A DNA stretch of 64,000 nucleotides from Planctomycetota bacterium (GCA_044222185.1 JBGANV010000004.1:320001-384000); one strand, 5' to 3'; shown: positions 51,138 through 62,243, counted from the first letter of the stretch. Notes: generated from the sequence alone by a model not told the origin. Translations and numbers: made by a program.

Positions 51138-53210
51138 ATGAATCGCCGTTACGCAACGGTGCCGGCGCTGCTCCTGCCGGCCGTGCTCGCGATCCTCGTC
51201 GGATGGCCCGGCGTCGATGGCACCTTCGTGCGCGACGACTGGCTGTTCGTGCCGCTGAACCCACACGTTGTGGGCGACGTCTCCCTCGGGCAGATGTTCT
51301 CTTCGCCGTTTCAGCCGGATCAGCAGCTCGGGCTGTTCCGTCCCGTGACCACGCTTTCGTTGGCGCTCGATTGGCGCGCGGCCGGCGAATCGCCGCGCCG
51401 ATATCACCTGGTCAATCTGACGTTGAATGCCGTTGCCGCGCTGGCCCTCGCGGCGTTGCTGATGAGCTGCGGACTACCCGCGATCGCGAGCGGCGGTGCC
51501 GCGGCCTGGTTCGCCGTGCACGCCGCACGATCCGAGGCCGTGCTGTGGATCTCCGGGCGCGCCGAGATGTTGATGACGGCGTTCGTGCTGCTCTCGCTGC
51601 TGACGATCCGGGCGGGGAGAGGGGGATGGCGGTGGCCGGTCGCCGCCATCCTCGCCGCACTCGCACTCGCGTCGAAGGAGCAGGGGCTCGTCGTCGCGGC
51701 GCTCGCCCCGCTCCTGCCCGGGCTGTCGCGACGCGAACGCGCGCTCGCGATCGCCTGGACCTGGGTTCCACTCGGCCTCGTGATGGCGTGGCGCCAGCAC
51801 GTGCTCGGCGGCCTCGGCCCCAGCGGCATGATGCAGGTCTTCCCTGACGTCGACGTCTGGACGCGTGCGCAGTTCGGCCTGCGATTCCTCACGCAGTACG
51901 CCGGACTTGCGCTGTGGCCGCAACGCCTCATCAACGAATACGACGATCCCGAGCAGCCCGTGGGGTGGATCTGGATCGTGGCCGGTTGCGCGATTCTCTC
52001 TGTCGCCGCCGCACTGGCGGCGATGCGACGTCCGCGAGCCACGTTCGGAGCCTGCATCTTCCTCGGGGCGTTGGCTCCAGTCCTCAACGTGCTCTATCGG
52101 ACGGGAGAGACGTTCGCGGAGCGCTTTCTCTCGTTGCCGCTCGCGGGCGTGGCGTGGCTCGTCGCCTGCGCCTTGGCGCGGCTGTCCGACCGCCGGCCAT
52201 GGATTGCACTCGCGATCGTCGTCGTGATCACCGCGCCGCTCGCCGGGCGGTTCGTGGGGAGGGCGCGCGACTGGGTGTCGCAGGATGCGTTGTTTGCAGC
52301 GCAGCTTCGCGACGCGCCCGACGTGGGCGGATCGCACCAGTTGATTGCCGCGTCGCTTCTCGACGACTTCGGCCTGCGTGACCCCAAGCCCGACGACGTG
52401 GTTCGCGCCGCGAAAGAGCTCGAGCGCGCCGTCGAACTCGCCCCGCACCGCGTCGACGTCATGTACCGGCTCGGACAGTCGCGTCTGCGCGCCGCCGCCG
52501 CGGCGAATCCCGCGGACCCACGCCGCGTGACGGACCTGCGCGAGGCGGAGAAGCTCTTTCGCAAGGCCGTGGACGTGGCGCCCAGCATTCCCGAGTTGCG
52601 TGGCGCGCTCGGGCTCGTGCTGATCCTCGAAGACCGCAAGGACGAGGCGATTCCGATCCTGCGTGACGAACTGGCGCGAAACCCCCGGGAGTTCCGGGCT
52701 GCGACGAACCTCTCGGCCGTCCTCGACGAGAGGGGACAGCACGACGAGGCGAAGGGCGTGCGGCAACGTGCGCTGACCGAGGCCCTCGCCTACGCGGACG
52801 CCCACCCCGACGATCCCGGCCCGGTCCGCGTCGCGGCTCAGCTCTGCCTCGACATGGGGAACCTCCCGCAGGCGGCCGCGCTCGCGAATCGCGCACTCGC
52901 GTGTGTTGCGCCCGGACGGCCGCGCGCGGCGTCCGCCGCGATCGCCGCGACGACGATCGAGGCGGCCGCGGTCCTGCAGCGGGCTGGCCGCGATGCCGAG
53001 GCTCGCCGCGCCTTGCAGGAGGCGCGCGACCGGCTTGACGCGGCCGCGGCGCAGCCCGGCGCGCCCCTGGCCGACCTGTTCGGCTGGGCGGACCTGCAGG
53101 CGGCGATCGGTGAGACGTCTGCGATCCGCCCGCGGCTCGCCGCGGCGCACGCGACGGCGCGCGGGCTCGAACTCCGTCAACTCGACCATCGGTTGAAGAC
53201 GCTGAAGTGA
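51138..53210 (+). CDS. TMTC-like GT-C protein O-mannosyltransferase with TPRs
   Basis: FVRDD, FRPVTTLS, YHLVNL, H..RSEAV.WISGR.E, SKE, AERFL, multiple TM helices, C-terminal TPRs. Confidence 0.8.
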   Translation: MNRRYATVPALLLPAVLAILVGWPGVDGTFVRDDWLFVPLNPHVVGDVSLGQMFSSPFQPDQQLGLFRPVTTLSLALDWRAAGESPRRYHLVNLTLNAVAALALAALLMSCGLPAIASGGAAAWFAVHAARSEAVLWISGRAEMLMTAFVLLSLLTIRAGRGGWRWPVAAILAALALASKEQGLVVAALAPLLPGLSRRERALAIAWTWVPLGLVMAWRQHVLGGLGPSGMMQVFPDVDVWTRAQFGLRFLTQYAGLALWPQRLINEYDDPEQPVGWIWIVAGCAILSVAAALAAMRRPRATFGACIFLGALAPVLNVLYRTGETFAERFLSLPLAGVAWLVACALARLSDRRPWIALAIVVVITAPLAGRFVGRARDWVSQDALFAAQLRDAPDVGGSHQLIAASLLDDFGLRDPKPDDVVRAAKELERAVELAPHRVDVMYRLGQSRLRAAAAANPADPRRVTDLREAEKLFRKAVDVAPSIPELRGALGLVLILEDRKDEAIPILRDELARNPREFRAATNLSAVLDERGQHDEAKGVRQRALTEALAYADAHPDDPGPVRVAAQLCLDMGNLPQAAALANRALACVAPGRPRAASAAIAATTIEAAAVLQRAGRDAEARRALQEARDRLDAAAAQPGAPLADLFGWADLQAAIGETSAIRPRLAAAHATARGLELRQLDHRLKTLK

Positions 53211-53431
53211 GCCGGTCGCGCCTCGGGGCGGACCCTCGGTACCGCCTCAACCTCTGGTGCTGCAATGATCTGAGACGTCAGGCCCGGTCCACGCGTCCTG
53301 AAGTGCGCCCGGCCGGTTCGCGCGTTGAACCTGAGACTGATTTGACGGAAGTGGCGGAGCCTTCGTTTTCCTGAGAGCCGAGCGGACCGCCGCGCTGGAC
53401 AGCGCCGGACGGTGGGTCTAGGCTCCCCGCC

Positions 53432-54232
53432 ATGACGTCGGCGGCCCCCCAGGCCGAGGACGTCGACCGCGCGTGCGACGGGCCCCGTGCCCGGGAGGTG
53501 TTCTCGATGGTTCCTCCAGCGACGTCGGAAGTGTTCGACCTTCAGCGCCTCGTGCCGGACCTGGTCCGACCGACGGACGCCGTCGAGCAGCGGATGCTCG
53601 ACTTCCACCTGACGCGCTATCGCTTCGCTGGCCGGTTCTGTCGCGAGTCCGACGTCCTCGACATCGCCTGCGGGGTCGGATACGGCGCCGCGCTGCTGCG
53701 GTCGCACGGCGCGCTCACGGTTCTCGGCGTCGACATCTCGGAAGACGCCATCGCCTACGCGCGCTCCCGCTACACGCGCGCCGGCGTCAGCTTCCAGCGC
53801 GATGACGCGTTCCGGTTCGAGCCCGGCCGCACGTTCAGCGCCGTCGTGAGCCTGGGGACCATCGAACACCTGGACGACCCCACGACGTTCGTTCGCCGGG
53901 CGCGTTCGTGGCTCGAGCCCGGTGGACGCTTCATCGCGTCCGTGCCGACCACGCTGACGACGGACCTGAATCCCTATCAGCGCCACGATTTCTCCCAGTC
54001 GTCCTTCGAGCGCATGCTCAAGGACTCGGGGTTCACGATCTCCGACCGCATGCACCAGGTGAGCCCCGTCTCGCCCGTGGAACTGCTCCAGAACCCGCGT
54101 TCGTACGGCGTCCGGGAGAACCTCGTCACCTATTACGCCTCACACCCGGGCAAGCTGCTGCGACGCGTGGCGTCGACGCTCGCCAACGGGTTCTCGACGC
54201 GTCACCTCGTCGTCGCCGCGCGCGCGGTGTGA
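53432..54232 (+). CDS. Class I SAM-dependent methyltransferase
   Basis: H..RY.FA, VLDIACGVGYG, GVDIS, TIEHL, LEPGG, NPY; start uncertain. Confidence 0.9.
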   Translation: MTSAAPQAEDVDRACDGPRAREVFSMVPPATSEVFDLQRLVPDLVRPTDAVEQRMLDFHLTRYRFAGRFCRESDVLDIACGVGYGAALLRSHGALTVLGVDISEDAIAYARSRYTRAGVSFQRDDAFRFEPGRTFSAVVSLGTIEHLDDPTTFVRRARSWLEPGGRFIASVPTTLTTDLNPYQRHDFSQSSFERMLKDSGFTISDRMHQVSPVSPVELLQNPRSYGVRENLVTYYASHPGKLLRRVASTLANGFSTRHLVVAARAV

Positions 54233-54310
54233 CGGCGAGGCCCGCGGCCGAGGGAGTTGCGGTCGCCGTCGGACTCTTGTCCCCGTCGGGCCTCCGTTAC
54301 ACTCCGCCCG

Positions 54311-55114
54311 ATGGATCGGGAACGAGTCGAAGTCCTCTACAACGAGCGGGTGCGGCCATTCATGTGGCGGCTCGGTCTGCCCTGGGACGCCCTGCGGCGG
54401 GGGGCTCGGGCGGCGAAGTTCGTCATGCTCGGCTTCGACGGGCGGCGGGATCCTCTGCTGCCGCGGCCGTTCAGCATCTCGGACGTGTGGCGCGATCCCT
54501 CCGGAAGGGTCGTCACCGAGCTTCTCTACAAACCCGTGGGGACGGCGACGCGGCTCATGACCGAGGTGCGGCCTGGCGATCGTTGCCACGTGCTCGGGCT
54601 CCTCGGAAACGGCTTCCCCGATCCGACGCCGGGCCTGCGGCCCGTGCTCGTCGCGGGGGGCATCGGCAACGCGCCGTTCGCGCGCCACGTGCGTGAGTTG
54701 GTCGAGGGGCCGTTCGCGAAGGACCCGTCGAAGGTCGTCCTCTTCCTCGCCGGTCGCAACAAGGACGAGATCTACATCCAGGACGTGGTTCGCCATTCGG
54801 GGATCACCATCGTGGAGGTGACGGACGATGGCTCGCTCGGCGAGAAGGGGCTCGTCACCGAGGCGCTGACGAAGCGGCTCGCGACGCTGGGGCCCATCGA
54901 GGCGTTTGCCTGTGGTCCCACGCCCATGTTGCGGGCGCTTCAGAAGCTCGCGGTGGATCGCGGCTTCCGCTGCCACCTCTCCGTCGAGGAAGTCATGGCG
55001 TGCGGATACGGAGTGTGCAACGCGTGCGTCGTGCCGTCGCGCACGCACCCGGGCGAGTACGTGAAGGCCTGCAAGGAAGGTCCGGTGTTCGAGGTGTCGG
55101 AGATCCTGGCATGA
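54311..55114 (+). CDS. pyrK: Dihydroorotate dehydrogenase electron transfer subunit
   Basis: LPRPFSI, LGNGF, AGGIGNAP, TDDGSLG, ACGPTPML, MACGYGVCNAC...CKEGPVF ([2Fe-2S]). Confidence 0.85.
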   Translation: MDRERVEVLYNERVRPFMWRLGLPWDALRRGARAAKFVMLGFDGRRDPLLPRPFSISDVWRDPSGRVVTELLYKPVGTATRLMTEVRPGDRCHVLGLLGNGFPDPTPGLRPVLVAGGIGNAPFARHVRELVEGPFAKDPSKVVLFLAGRNKDEIYIQDVVRHSGITIVEVTDDGSLGEKGLVTEALTKRLATLGPIEAFACGPTPMLRALQKLAVDRGFRCHLSVEEVMACGYGVCNACVVPSRTHPGEYVKACKEGPVFEVSEILA

Positions 55115-55677
55115 CGTGGGTGATTCGGGCGGCATGGCTGATGGCGTTGGCGTTCGCGGCTGGCTGCGCGGGGACTCACGGCCCGCTCTACTCGGAGACG
55201 GAGCCGCCGCGGCTCCTCGACGGTGAGATCCGCATGACGACGCGCTGGACTGCCGGCGTGAAGGACAATCCGGACACGCGCTTGATCGCGTGCCGCGGCG
55301 GACAGATCGCCTGCGAGTACGACACGCCGCGCGGACGTTGGGAAGGAACGGCGACGGCGGAGGATTGGAGCGATCTGTGGAATCGCCTCCAGCCCGTGGC
55401 GCCGTGGGCCGAGCATCGCAAGTCCGTCGATGAAGACGATCCGACGGGCGGGCCGTACCACGTCGTCCACATGCGCGTCGGCGAGAGGTGGAGCGAGTTC
55501 TCCTCTCAACAGCGCGCCGATCTCGTCTTCGCTTCCAGCACCGAGACCATGCAGCGGGTCCAGTACACGAACGACATCGTGAACTTCGTCTCCGCGCACG
55601 CGACCACGAAGGTTCGCACGGGCCCGCCGCCGTCGGCCACGCCCGAGTCCGCGCCAGCCGCGCCCCGCAAGCCATGA
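55111..55677 (+). CDS. Hypothetical lipoprotein
   Basis: Lipobox FAAGC; ATGA coupling on both sides. Confidence 0.7.
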   Translation: MTWVIRAAWLMALAFAAGCAGTHGPLYSETEPPRLLDGEIRMTTRWTAGVKDNPDTRLIACRGGQIACEYDTPRGRWEGTATAEDWSDLWNRLQPVAPWAEHRKSVDEDDPTGGPYHVVHMRVGERWSEFSSQQRADLVFASSTETMQRVQYTNDIVNFVSAHATTKVRTGPPPSATPESAPAAPRKP

Positions 55678-56258
55678 CGCATCCGGACCTCGATCGACTC
55701 CTGGGCGACGTCGGCCGGGTCGTGAAGGCCATCGATCCGGGGGAGACGCGCGCGCTCGTTCGTGTTCTTGCCGAGGCTCGCATCATCTTCGTCGCGGGCG
55801 TGGGGCGCTCCGGCTGCGTGGCGCGCGCGTTCGCCGTCTCGTTGATGCAGCTCGATCTCCGCGTCCACGTCGTGGGTGATCCGACCACGCCCCCCATCAC
55901 CGCGCAGGATGTCCTCCTCGTCTGTTCCGGCTCCGGTCGCACCGAGTCCATGGTCGGCCTCGCCGGCCGGGCCGTTCAAGCGGGCGCGCGCCTCGCGCTC
56001 GTGACGAGTGCGATCATCGCGCCGCTGACCCAGCTCGCTCACGTGAAGGTGCTCGTCCCTCCGATCCTCCCCAGTTCCGGCGAGATGACCGTCGTCGGCG
56101 CGCCGCCCGACACGACAGGCAAGAACCTCTTCCAGCCCATGCGCACCCTGTTCGAGCAGGCCTCGCTGCTCTGCCTCGATTACGTCGTCCTCCTCCTCGC
56201 CGAACACCGCGGCGTCAGCCCGGCACAGATGCAGAGCCGGCACGGGAATTTGGAATGA
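55674..56258 (+). CDS. hxlB: 6-phospho-3-hexuloisomerase (SIS domain)
   Basis: IFVAGVGRSG, VVGDPTTPPI, SGSGRT, PMRTLFEQ, RHGNLE. Confidence 0.85.
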   Translation: MTHPDLDRLLGDVGRVVKAIDPGETRALVRVLAEARIIFVAGVGRSGCVARAFAVSLMQLDLRVHVVGDPTTPPITAQDVLLVCSGSGRTESMVGLAGRAVQAGARLALVTSAIIAPLTQLAHVKVLVPPILPSSGEMTVVGAPPDTTGKNLFQPMRTLFEQASLLCLDYVVLLLAEHRGVSPAQMQSRHGNLE

Positions 56259-56405
56259 GTTGCGTCGCCGATGCCGCTTGCGGCGACGTTTGCGGGAAAT
56301 TGCCCCGCATGGGACGGAGTTCAGCCACTCTCCCGCGTTGATCCGCCCCGGTGCCCGTGTGACATTGAGCACCTGTCCGGTCTTCCCGGAACCAGGGAGC
56401 GTCAC

Positions 56406-57584
56406 ATGCCCGAAGCAGTCATCGTTTCAGCAGCGCGAACGGCCGTCGGCAAGTTCATGGGCACGTTGAAGGACATTCCGGCGACGGACCTCGGCGCGCT
56501 CGCGATCCGGGAGGCGGTGAAGCGGGCGGGCGTTGATGCGGCGCTCGTCGAGGACGTGATCATGGGATGCGTCCTGCCGGCGGGCCTGGGACAGAACCCG
56601 GCCCGGCAGGCGGCCATCCAGGGCGGCATCCCCGACAAGGCGGGTGCGCTCACGATCAACAAGGTCTGCGGATCGGGACTGAAGTCCGTGGCCCTGGCGG
56701 CGCAGGCGATCCGCGCGGGCGATCATCAGTGCGTGGCGGCCGGCGGCATGGAGAGCATGAGCCGCTCGCCGCACCTGATCCCGGGCTCGCGCGAAGGCTT
56801 CCGCCTCGGACACGGCAAACTCGTCGACAGCATGATCCAGGACGGCCTGTGGGACGCGTTCAACGACTTCCACATGGGCATCACCGCCGAGAAGGTCGCG
56901 GCCAAGTACGGCATCAAGCGCGAGGAGCAGGACCAGTTCGCCCTGAACAGCCACAAGAAGGCGGCGGCGGCGCAGGACGCGGGCGCGTTCAACGCCGAGA
57001 TCGTCCCGGTCGAGATCGCGCAACGCAAAGGACCGGCGCTGAAGTTCGCGACGGACGAGTCCGTGCGCCGCGACACGACGATCGAGGCCCTGGCGGCGTT
57101 GAAGCCCGCGTTCCAGAAAGACGGCACGGTTACGGCCGGCAACGCCCCGGGATGCAACGACGGCGCGGGCGCCTTCGTCGTCTGCTCGGATGCGTTCGCG
57201 CGTCAGCACGGGTTGAAGCCGCTCGCGCGCATCACCGGCTACGCCACGGGCGGCATGGCTCCCGAGTGGGTCATGATGGCTCCCGTGGACGCAGTGAAGA
57301 AGCTGAACCAGAAGCTCGGCGTGGGCATCGACCACCACGAGATCGTCGAGCTGAACGAGGCGTTCTCCGTGCAGGCCATGGGCGTCATGCGCGAGCTGGA
57401 ACTGGATCCGAACCGCGTGAACGTGAACGGCGGCGCCGTCGCCATCGGTCATCCCATCGGCGCGTCGGGATCGCGCATCCTCTGCACGCTGCTCTACGCC
57501 ATGAAGGCTCGGGGCAAGACGCGCGGCCTCGCGAGCCTGTGCCTCGGCGGCGGCAACGCCGTCGCGCTTTCGGTCGAGTGCTGA
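56406..57584 (+). CDS. atoB: Acetyl-CoA C-acetyltransferase (thiolase)
   Basis: [36 protein letters not shown]. Confidence 0.93.
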   Translation: MPEAVIVSAARTAVGKFMGTLKDIPATDLGALAIREAVKRAGVDAALVEDVIMGCVLPAGLGQNPARQAAIQGGIPDKAGALTINKVCGSGLKSVALAAQAIRAGDHQCVAAGGMESMSRSPHLIPGSREGFRLGHGKLVDSMIQDGLWDAFNDFHMGITAEKVAAKYGIKREEQDQFALNSHKKAAAAQDAGAFNAEIVPVEIAQRKGPALKFATDESVRRDTTIEALAALKPAFQKDGTVTAGNAPGCNDGAGAFVVCSDAFARQHGLKPLARITGYATGGMAPEWVMMAPVDAVKKLNQKLGVGIDHHEIVELNEAFSVQAMGVMRELELDPNRVNVNGGAVAIGHPIGASGSRILCTLLYAMKARGKTRGLASLCLGGGNAVALSVEC

Positions 57585-57621
57585 TCGGCGCATCCACCTG
57601 ACGAATCAACGAGAGAACCCC

Positions 57622-58251
57622 GTGAAACACCTGCTCCTCTTCGCGCTCTGCGTCCTTTCGTTCGCGCTCGCGTCCTGCGGTGACGACGTCCAGCTCGCGC
57701 CGCCGCCGAACAAGGATGCGAAGGCCGGGAAGTCGCAAGACCTTCCCATGGGACACCCCGCCGTGGGCGGCTCGCCGACGTCGGGAACGCAGCAGCCTTC
57801 GCCCCACGGGACGATGGACGGCGCATCACCGGCCGGCGCGCACGGCACACCCGGCGGCACCGATCCGTTCGCCGATGCGGGCGCGGCGGCGATGAAGGAT
57901 GGGCCCAAGCCCGCGGGCAATCCCGACGACGTGGTGCTCGCCGGCGAAGTCTCCCTCGACCCGGCCGCCAAGCTGCCCAGCCAGTACACCGTCTACATCA
58001 TGGCCGTGTTCGATCCGAAGGAACGCGCCGGCGCCATGATCAAGCGCATCGACGGATCGCCGAAGTTCCCCATCAAGTTCGAGATGACGGCGAAGGACTC
58101 GCCGTTCGGCGTCCAGAAGTTCGACCGCCCGCTCTGGGTTCGCGGGATGGTCAGCGAAACCGGCGAGGCCATGAAGTCGACGAACCGCACCACGTCGGAT
58201 GCGTCGTTCCAGCCGGGCACGAAGGACGTCAAGCTCACGCTGAAGCCCTGA
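57622..58251 (+). CDS. Hypothetical lipoprotein (LPxGHP motif, CcmH/CycH C-terminal-like domain)
   Basis: Lipobox LASC; LPMGHP; GEVSLD...FPIKFE. Confidence 0.65.
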   Translation: MKHLLLFALCVLSFALASCGDDVQLAPPPNKDAKAGKSQDLPMGHPAVGGSPTSGTQQPSPHGTMDGASPAGAHGTPGGTDPFADAGAAAMKDGPKPAGNPDDVVLAGEVSLDPAAKLPSQYTVYIMAVFDPKERAGAMIKRIDGSPKFPIKFEMTAKDSPFGVQKFDRPLWVRGMVSETGEAMKSTNRTTSDASFQPGTKDVKLTLKP

Positions 58252-58263
58252 TTCGCGGATCTC

Positions 58264-59547
58264 ATGACGCACGACTTCTTCGGTGACATGGAGCGGCGCG
58301 GGCTCGTCTTTCAGAGCACCGCGCCCGATCTGCGCGACGTGATGATGAAGGGGCCGGTGACGGCCTACATCGGCTTCGATCCCACGGCGGACAGCCTCCA
58401 CGTCGGCAGCCTGCTTCCCATGCTCGCGCTGATGCGGCTGCAGCGCGCGGGGCATCGGCCCATCGCCATCGTCGGCGGTGGCACGGGGATGATCGGCGAT
58501 CCCAGCGGGAAGTCGGCGGAGCGCTCCATGCTCTCGCGCGAGCAGCTCGCGGCGAACGTGGAGGGCATCCGCAAGCAGCTCGAACGCGTCCTCGACTTCT
58601 CGGGGCCGCGGGGCGCGTTGCTCCTCAACAATCTCGACTGGCTCGGCGAGCTGCGCCTGCTCGAGTTCCTCCGCGACATCGGCAAGGCGTTCTCGGTCAA
58701 CCAGATGGTCAACCGGGATTCGGTGCGCATTCGCCTGGAAGGGCGCGAGCACGGGATCTCCTACACCGAGTTCTCCTACGCGCTGCTCCAGGCCTACGAC
58801 TTCCTCGCGCTCTACGATCGCTACGGCTGCACGCTCCAGGTCGGCGGTAGCGATCAGTGGGGCAACATCGTCGATGGTTGCGATCTCGTCCACCGCATGC
58901 GCAACGGTGCGGCGTACGGACTCACCATGCCGCTCGTCACGCGATCGGACGGCAAGAAGTTCGGAAAGAGCGAGCAAGGCAACGTGTGGCTCTCGGCCGA
59001 GCGCACGCGCCCGTTCGCGTTCCACCAGTTCTGGCTGAACGCGGAGGACGCGGAGGTCGTGCGGTACCTGAAGTTCTTCACGTTCCTCGCCGTCGACGAG
59101 ATCGAGGCTCTCGCGGCCGAAGTCGCCGCGCACCCGGAGGCGCGCGTCGCCCAGAAGCGCCTCGCCGACGAGGTGACGGCGCTCGTCCACGGCAAGGAGG
59201 CCGTCGCGCGCTCGCACCGCGCCGCGGCGATCCTCTTCGAGGGCGCCGACCTCGGTGGGCTGGAAGCTCCCGACGTCCACGAGATCTTCGCCGACGCTCC
59301 GCGCGTGAAGGTGGCGAAGTCGGCGTTGGGTTCGCCCGCCGCCTCCCTCGTCGAGATCCTGATGTCCGCCGGGATGTTCCAGTCGAAGGCGCAGGCCCGG
59401 CAGGCGGTGACGCAGGGCTCCATCGCCGTGAACCAGAAGCCCGTGTCCGACGTGACGCGCCAGCTTCAAACCACCGACGTCCTTCCCGGCGACCTGATCG
59501 TTCTGCGCCGCGGCAAGAAGACCTATTTCGTCGCCGAAGTGGGCTGA
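58264..59547 (+). CDS. tyrS: Tyrosine--tRNA ligase
   Basis: GFDPTADSLHVGS, QAYDF, GGSDQWGN, KFGKS, S4 domain RRGKK. Confidence 0.97.
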   Translation: MTHDFFGDMERRGLVFQSTAPDLRDVMMKGPVTAYIGFDPTADSLHVGSLLPMLALMRLQRAGHRPIAIVGGGTGMIGDPSGKSAERSMLSREQLAANVEGIRKQLERVLDFSGPRGALLLNNLDWLGELRLLEFLRDIGKAFSVNQMVNRDSVRIRLEGREHGISYTEFSYALLQAYDFLALYDRYGCTLQVGGSDQWGNIVDGCDLVHRMRNGAAYGLTMPLVTRSDGKKFGKSEQGNVWLSAERTRPFAFHQFWLNAEDAEVVRYLKFFTFLAVDEIEALAAEVAAHPEARVAQKRLADEVTALVHGKEAVARSHRAAAILFEGADLGGLEAPDVHEIFADAPRVKVAKSALGSPAASLVEILMSAGMFQSKAQARQAVTQGSIAVNQKPVSDVTRQLQTTDVLPGDLIVLRRGKKTYFVAEVG

Positions 59548-59613
59548 GGCGGAACGCGCAACGACCGCGTTGAACCGGATCCGTCGCGGCCGGGGACGTG
59601 AGCGCGGAAGCCC

Positions 59614-62082
59614 ATGAACCCACGATTCGTCGATCCGGAAACCTTGCACGCCGCGGACGCGTTCGTCCGCGGACTCGCGCGCAGTCTCCTGTTCGACGCC
59701 GATCGCGCGGAGGACGTGGCGCAGGAGGCGTGGCTCGCGGCGTTGCGCACGCTGCACGAGGCTCGCGCGGGAATGCGCGCCTGGCTGACGGGCGCCGTCA
59801 AGCATCTGGCCGGCAAGTCCATCCGCACGGAGGGCCGACGGGCCGCGCACGAGGCGCATGCGGCGGCGTCCACCGGCGGCGGCGTGCCGTCGGCGCACGA
59901 GATCCTGGCCCGCGAGGCCATGCGCCGCGAACTGGTCGATGCCGTGCTGGCGCTCCCGGAGCCGTATCGCTCGCCACTCCTCCTCCGCTACTTCGAGGAG
60001 TTGCCGCCGCGAGTCATCGCGAGACGCCTCGATCTGCCGGTCGAAACGGTGCGCACGCAGGTCAAGCGCGGCCTGGCGATTCTGCGTGAGCGCTTGGACG
60101 ATCGGCACCAGCACCGCGCGTCGTGGGCTTTCCTTCTCGTTCCGTACGTCGGTCACGCCTCCGTGAAGTCGGCGCTGATCGGCGCGACGCTGAAAGGAAT
60201 GATCTCCATGAGCACGCAAGCGAAGGTCGTGGCTGCGGCGGCGCTGATCCTGGCGGCGGGCGGGTTCATGATGTGGAAACAGGCGAGCGACGCGGCGTTC
60301 GATGCGGCGCGTGCGCGGACGTTGGCCGTGGAGGCGGAGGCCTTGCAGATCGAACGCGCGGAGGCGGCTGCCCGCATTCGGGCGCAGAAGGCCGCCGATG
60401 CCGCGCCGGCCCTCGTGCCGTCGCCGTTCCGCGAGTCCGAGTCCGCGCCGGCCGTGCCGTCGGCACAGGAACCGGCGTCGCTGCGCATCTCGGTCGTGTG
60501 GGAGAAATCGGGTGCGGCGGCGGCCGGCGTTCCTCTTCAGATCACGGCCTTGATCCAGCCGAACCCGTTGATCCGCGTCACGAACGTCGTGACGGCCGCC
60601 GACGGGACCTGCCTCATGGAGAGGATCCCCGCAGCCGCGTATCGAGTCCGCTGTGGGCTTGGCGGAGAGGCGACGTCGCGCGTCATTCCGGGCAAGCGCT
60701 CGGAGATGCGACTCGCGATTCCTCACGGCACGACGGTCAAGGGATTGGTCGTCGATGCGGGCGAGCGGCCCGTCTCCGGCGCGGCCGTGTGGGTCTGGCC
60801 CGACCTCAGCGGTGGGGAAGGCAGCCCCGTGGCGACGACCGCGTCCGACGGGACGTTCGAGCTCAACAGCCTGAAGATGACGGGGTGGACGCGCATCGGA
60901 GCGAGAGCGCGTGGCTTCGCACCGTCGTTCGCGGTGATCATGACGGAGGCCGCGGGCGCCGTGTGCAACGTCAAGCTGCGATTCCACGCGGCGGGAGGGG
61001 AGATCTCGGGTGCCGTCAGCGATGCGAATGGCAAGCCCGTCGTCGGGGCCACCGTCGCCGTCGGCGACCCTTGGGGCGCGCAAATCAAGTTGCCGGACGG
61101 CGGCGTGGGGGCGAGACCGCCCGCGATCGTCGTGACGACGGACGATCGGGGCATCTACCGCATCGAGGGCGCGGCGGTGGAGAAGCTCCCCGTCGTCGTT
61201 CGCGGTGCGGGCTTCGGTCCGTGGCGCGGCGAGGTCGACGTCAGCGCGAACGTGACGACGCGACTCGACGTCACGCTTGGGCGGGGTGTCACCGTCAAAG
61301 GTGTGGTGCGCGACGACGCGGGCGCGCCGATCGCGGGCGCGAAGATCTCCGTCGGCAACTCGGACACGCTTGGCGGGGCCCTCGCGTGGAGCGCTGACGA
61401 CGGCAGCTACCGGGTCGACGACGTGAATGCGGGGGTCTTCGCGATCTCGGCTGGTCGCGACGGGCAGGGATACGTCAGCACCTCGTTCACGGCGGATGTG
61501 GGCGGCGAGATCGTCTGGGATCCGGTCCTCTCGCGGGGCAAGGTCTTCGGCGTTCGGGTCGTCGACGAGCGCGGCGCGCCGCTCTCGGGGTTTGGCGTCT
61601 TCTTCAAGGGCACGGAGGCCAGCGGCTCCGAGTCGCGCCAGGAGTACACCGGCGACGATGGTCGGGTGACGATCATCAACTGCCGCAGTGCCCGCTACGA
61701 CATCGAGGTGACCGACGTGAACGCGCGCTCCTGCCTCGTGGCCTCGCGCAAGGACGTCGCGATCGACATCGGCGAGGTGGAGCTGTCAGTCCCCGACGCA
61801 GCGAGGCCTACGTCGTACATCGTCGGCACGGTGCTGAAACCGGACGGCACACCGGCAGGCGGCGTCACCGTGCTCGAAGGACGGACGTCGGAGCATTCGC
61901 GGGTCATCCACAAGGCGGATCCGGAGGCGGGCACGTTCCGCCTCGGGCCGAGAGCCGCGGGCTCCTACGTCATCGAGATCGAATCGCCCGACTTCGAGAA
62001 GCTAACGTTGCCTCCCCACACCCTCGGGAAAGGCGAGACCTGGGACCTGGGCCAGCTCCAGCTGAAGCCGAAGAAGAAGTAG
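59614..62082 (+). CDS. ECF sigma-70 factor fused to a TM helix and carboxypeptidase-regulatory-like repeats
   Basis: [10 protein letters not shown] region 2, [15 protein letters not shown] region 4, then repeats GxVxDxxGxPVxGA. Confidence 0.88.
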   Translation: MNPRFVDPETLHAADAFVRGLARSLLFDADRAEDVAQEAWLAALRTLHEARAGMRAWLTGAVKHLAGKSIRTEGRRAAHEAHAAASTGGGVPSAHEILAREAMRRELVDAVLALPEPYRSPLLLRYFEELPPRVIARRLDLPVETVRTQVKRGLAILRERLDDRHQHRASWAFLLVPYVGHASVKSALIGATLKGMISMSTQAKVVAAAALILAAGGFMMWKQASDAAFDAARARTLAVEAEALQIERAEAAARIRAQKAADAAPALVPSPFRESESAPAVPSAQEPASLRISVVWEKSGAAAAGVPLQITALIQPNPLIRVTNVVTAADGTCLMERIPAAAYRVRCGLGGEATSRVIPGKRSEMRLAIPHGTTVKGLVVDAGERPVSGAAVWVWPDLSGGEGSPVATTASDGTFELNSLKMTGWTRIGARARGFAPSFAVIMTEAAGAVCNVKLRFHAAGGEISGAVSDANGKPVVGATVAVGDPWGAQIKLPDGGVGARPPAIVVTTDDRGIYRIEGAAVEKLPVVVRGAGFGPWRGEVDVSANVTTRLDVTLGRGVTVKGVVRDDAGAPIAGAKISVGNSDTLGGALAWSADDGSYRVDDVNAGVFAISAGRDGQGYVSTSFTADVGGEIVWDPVLSRGKVFGVRVVDERGAPLSGFGVFFKGTEASGSESRQEYTGDDGRVTIINCRSARYDIEVTDVNARSCLVASRKDVAIDIGEVELSVPDAARPTSYIVGTVLKPDGTPAGGVTVLEGRTSEHSRVIHKADPEAGTFRLGPRAAGSYVIEIESPDFEKLTLPPHTLGKGETWDLGQLQLKPKKK

Positions 62083-62243
62083 ACCTGCCGCTTCCCGCCC
62101 TCCTCGCCCACGCGCCTCCGCGCACGAGCGGAGCCGAAGATCGCCCCGCCGCGCTCCAGCCCAGCCCTCCTGCGTCGTTCGTCGTCTGGATGACCGGGGG
62201 TCCGCGTCGTAGCTTCCCGCGGCCGTTCGGCTTCGAGAATCCA

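Noticed and set aside
53260-53380. TPP or glycine riboswitch, or 6S RNA
   Set aside because: Only isolated words (CTGAGA, GAACCTGA, CTCTCAGG) match; the required flanking helices and consensus are missing and the downstream gene does not fit.
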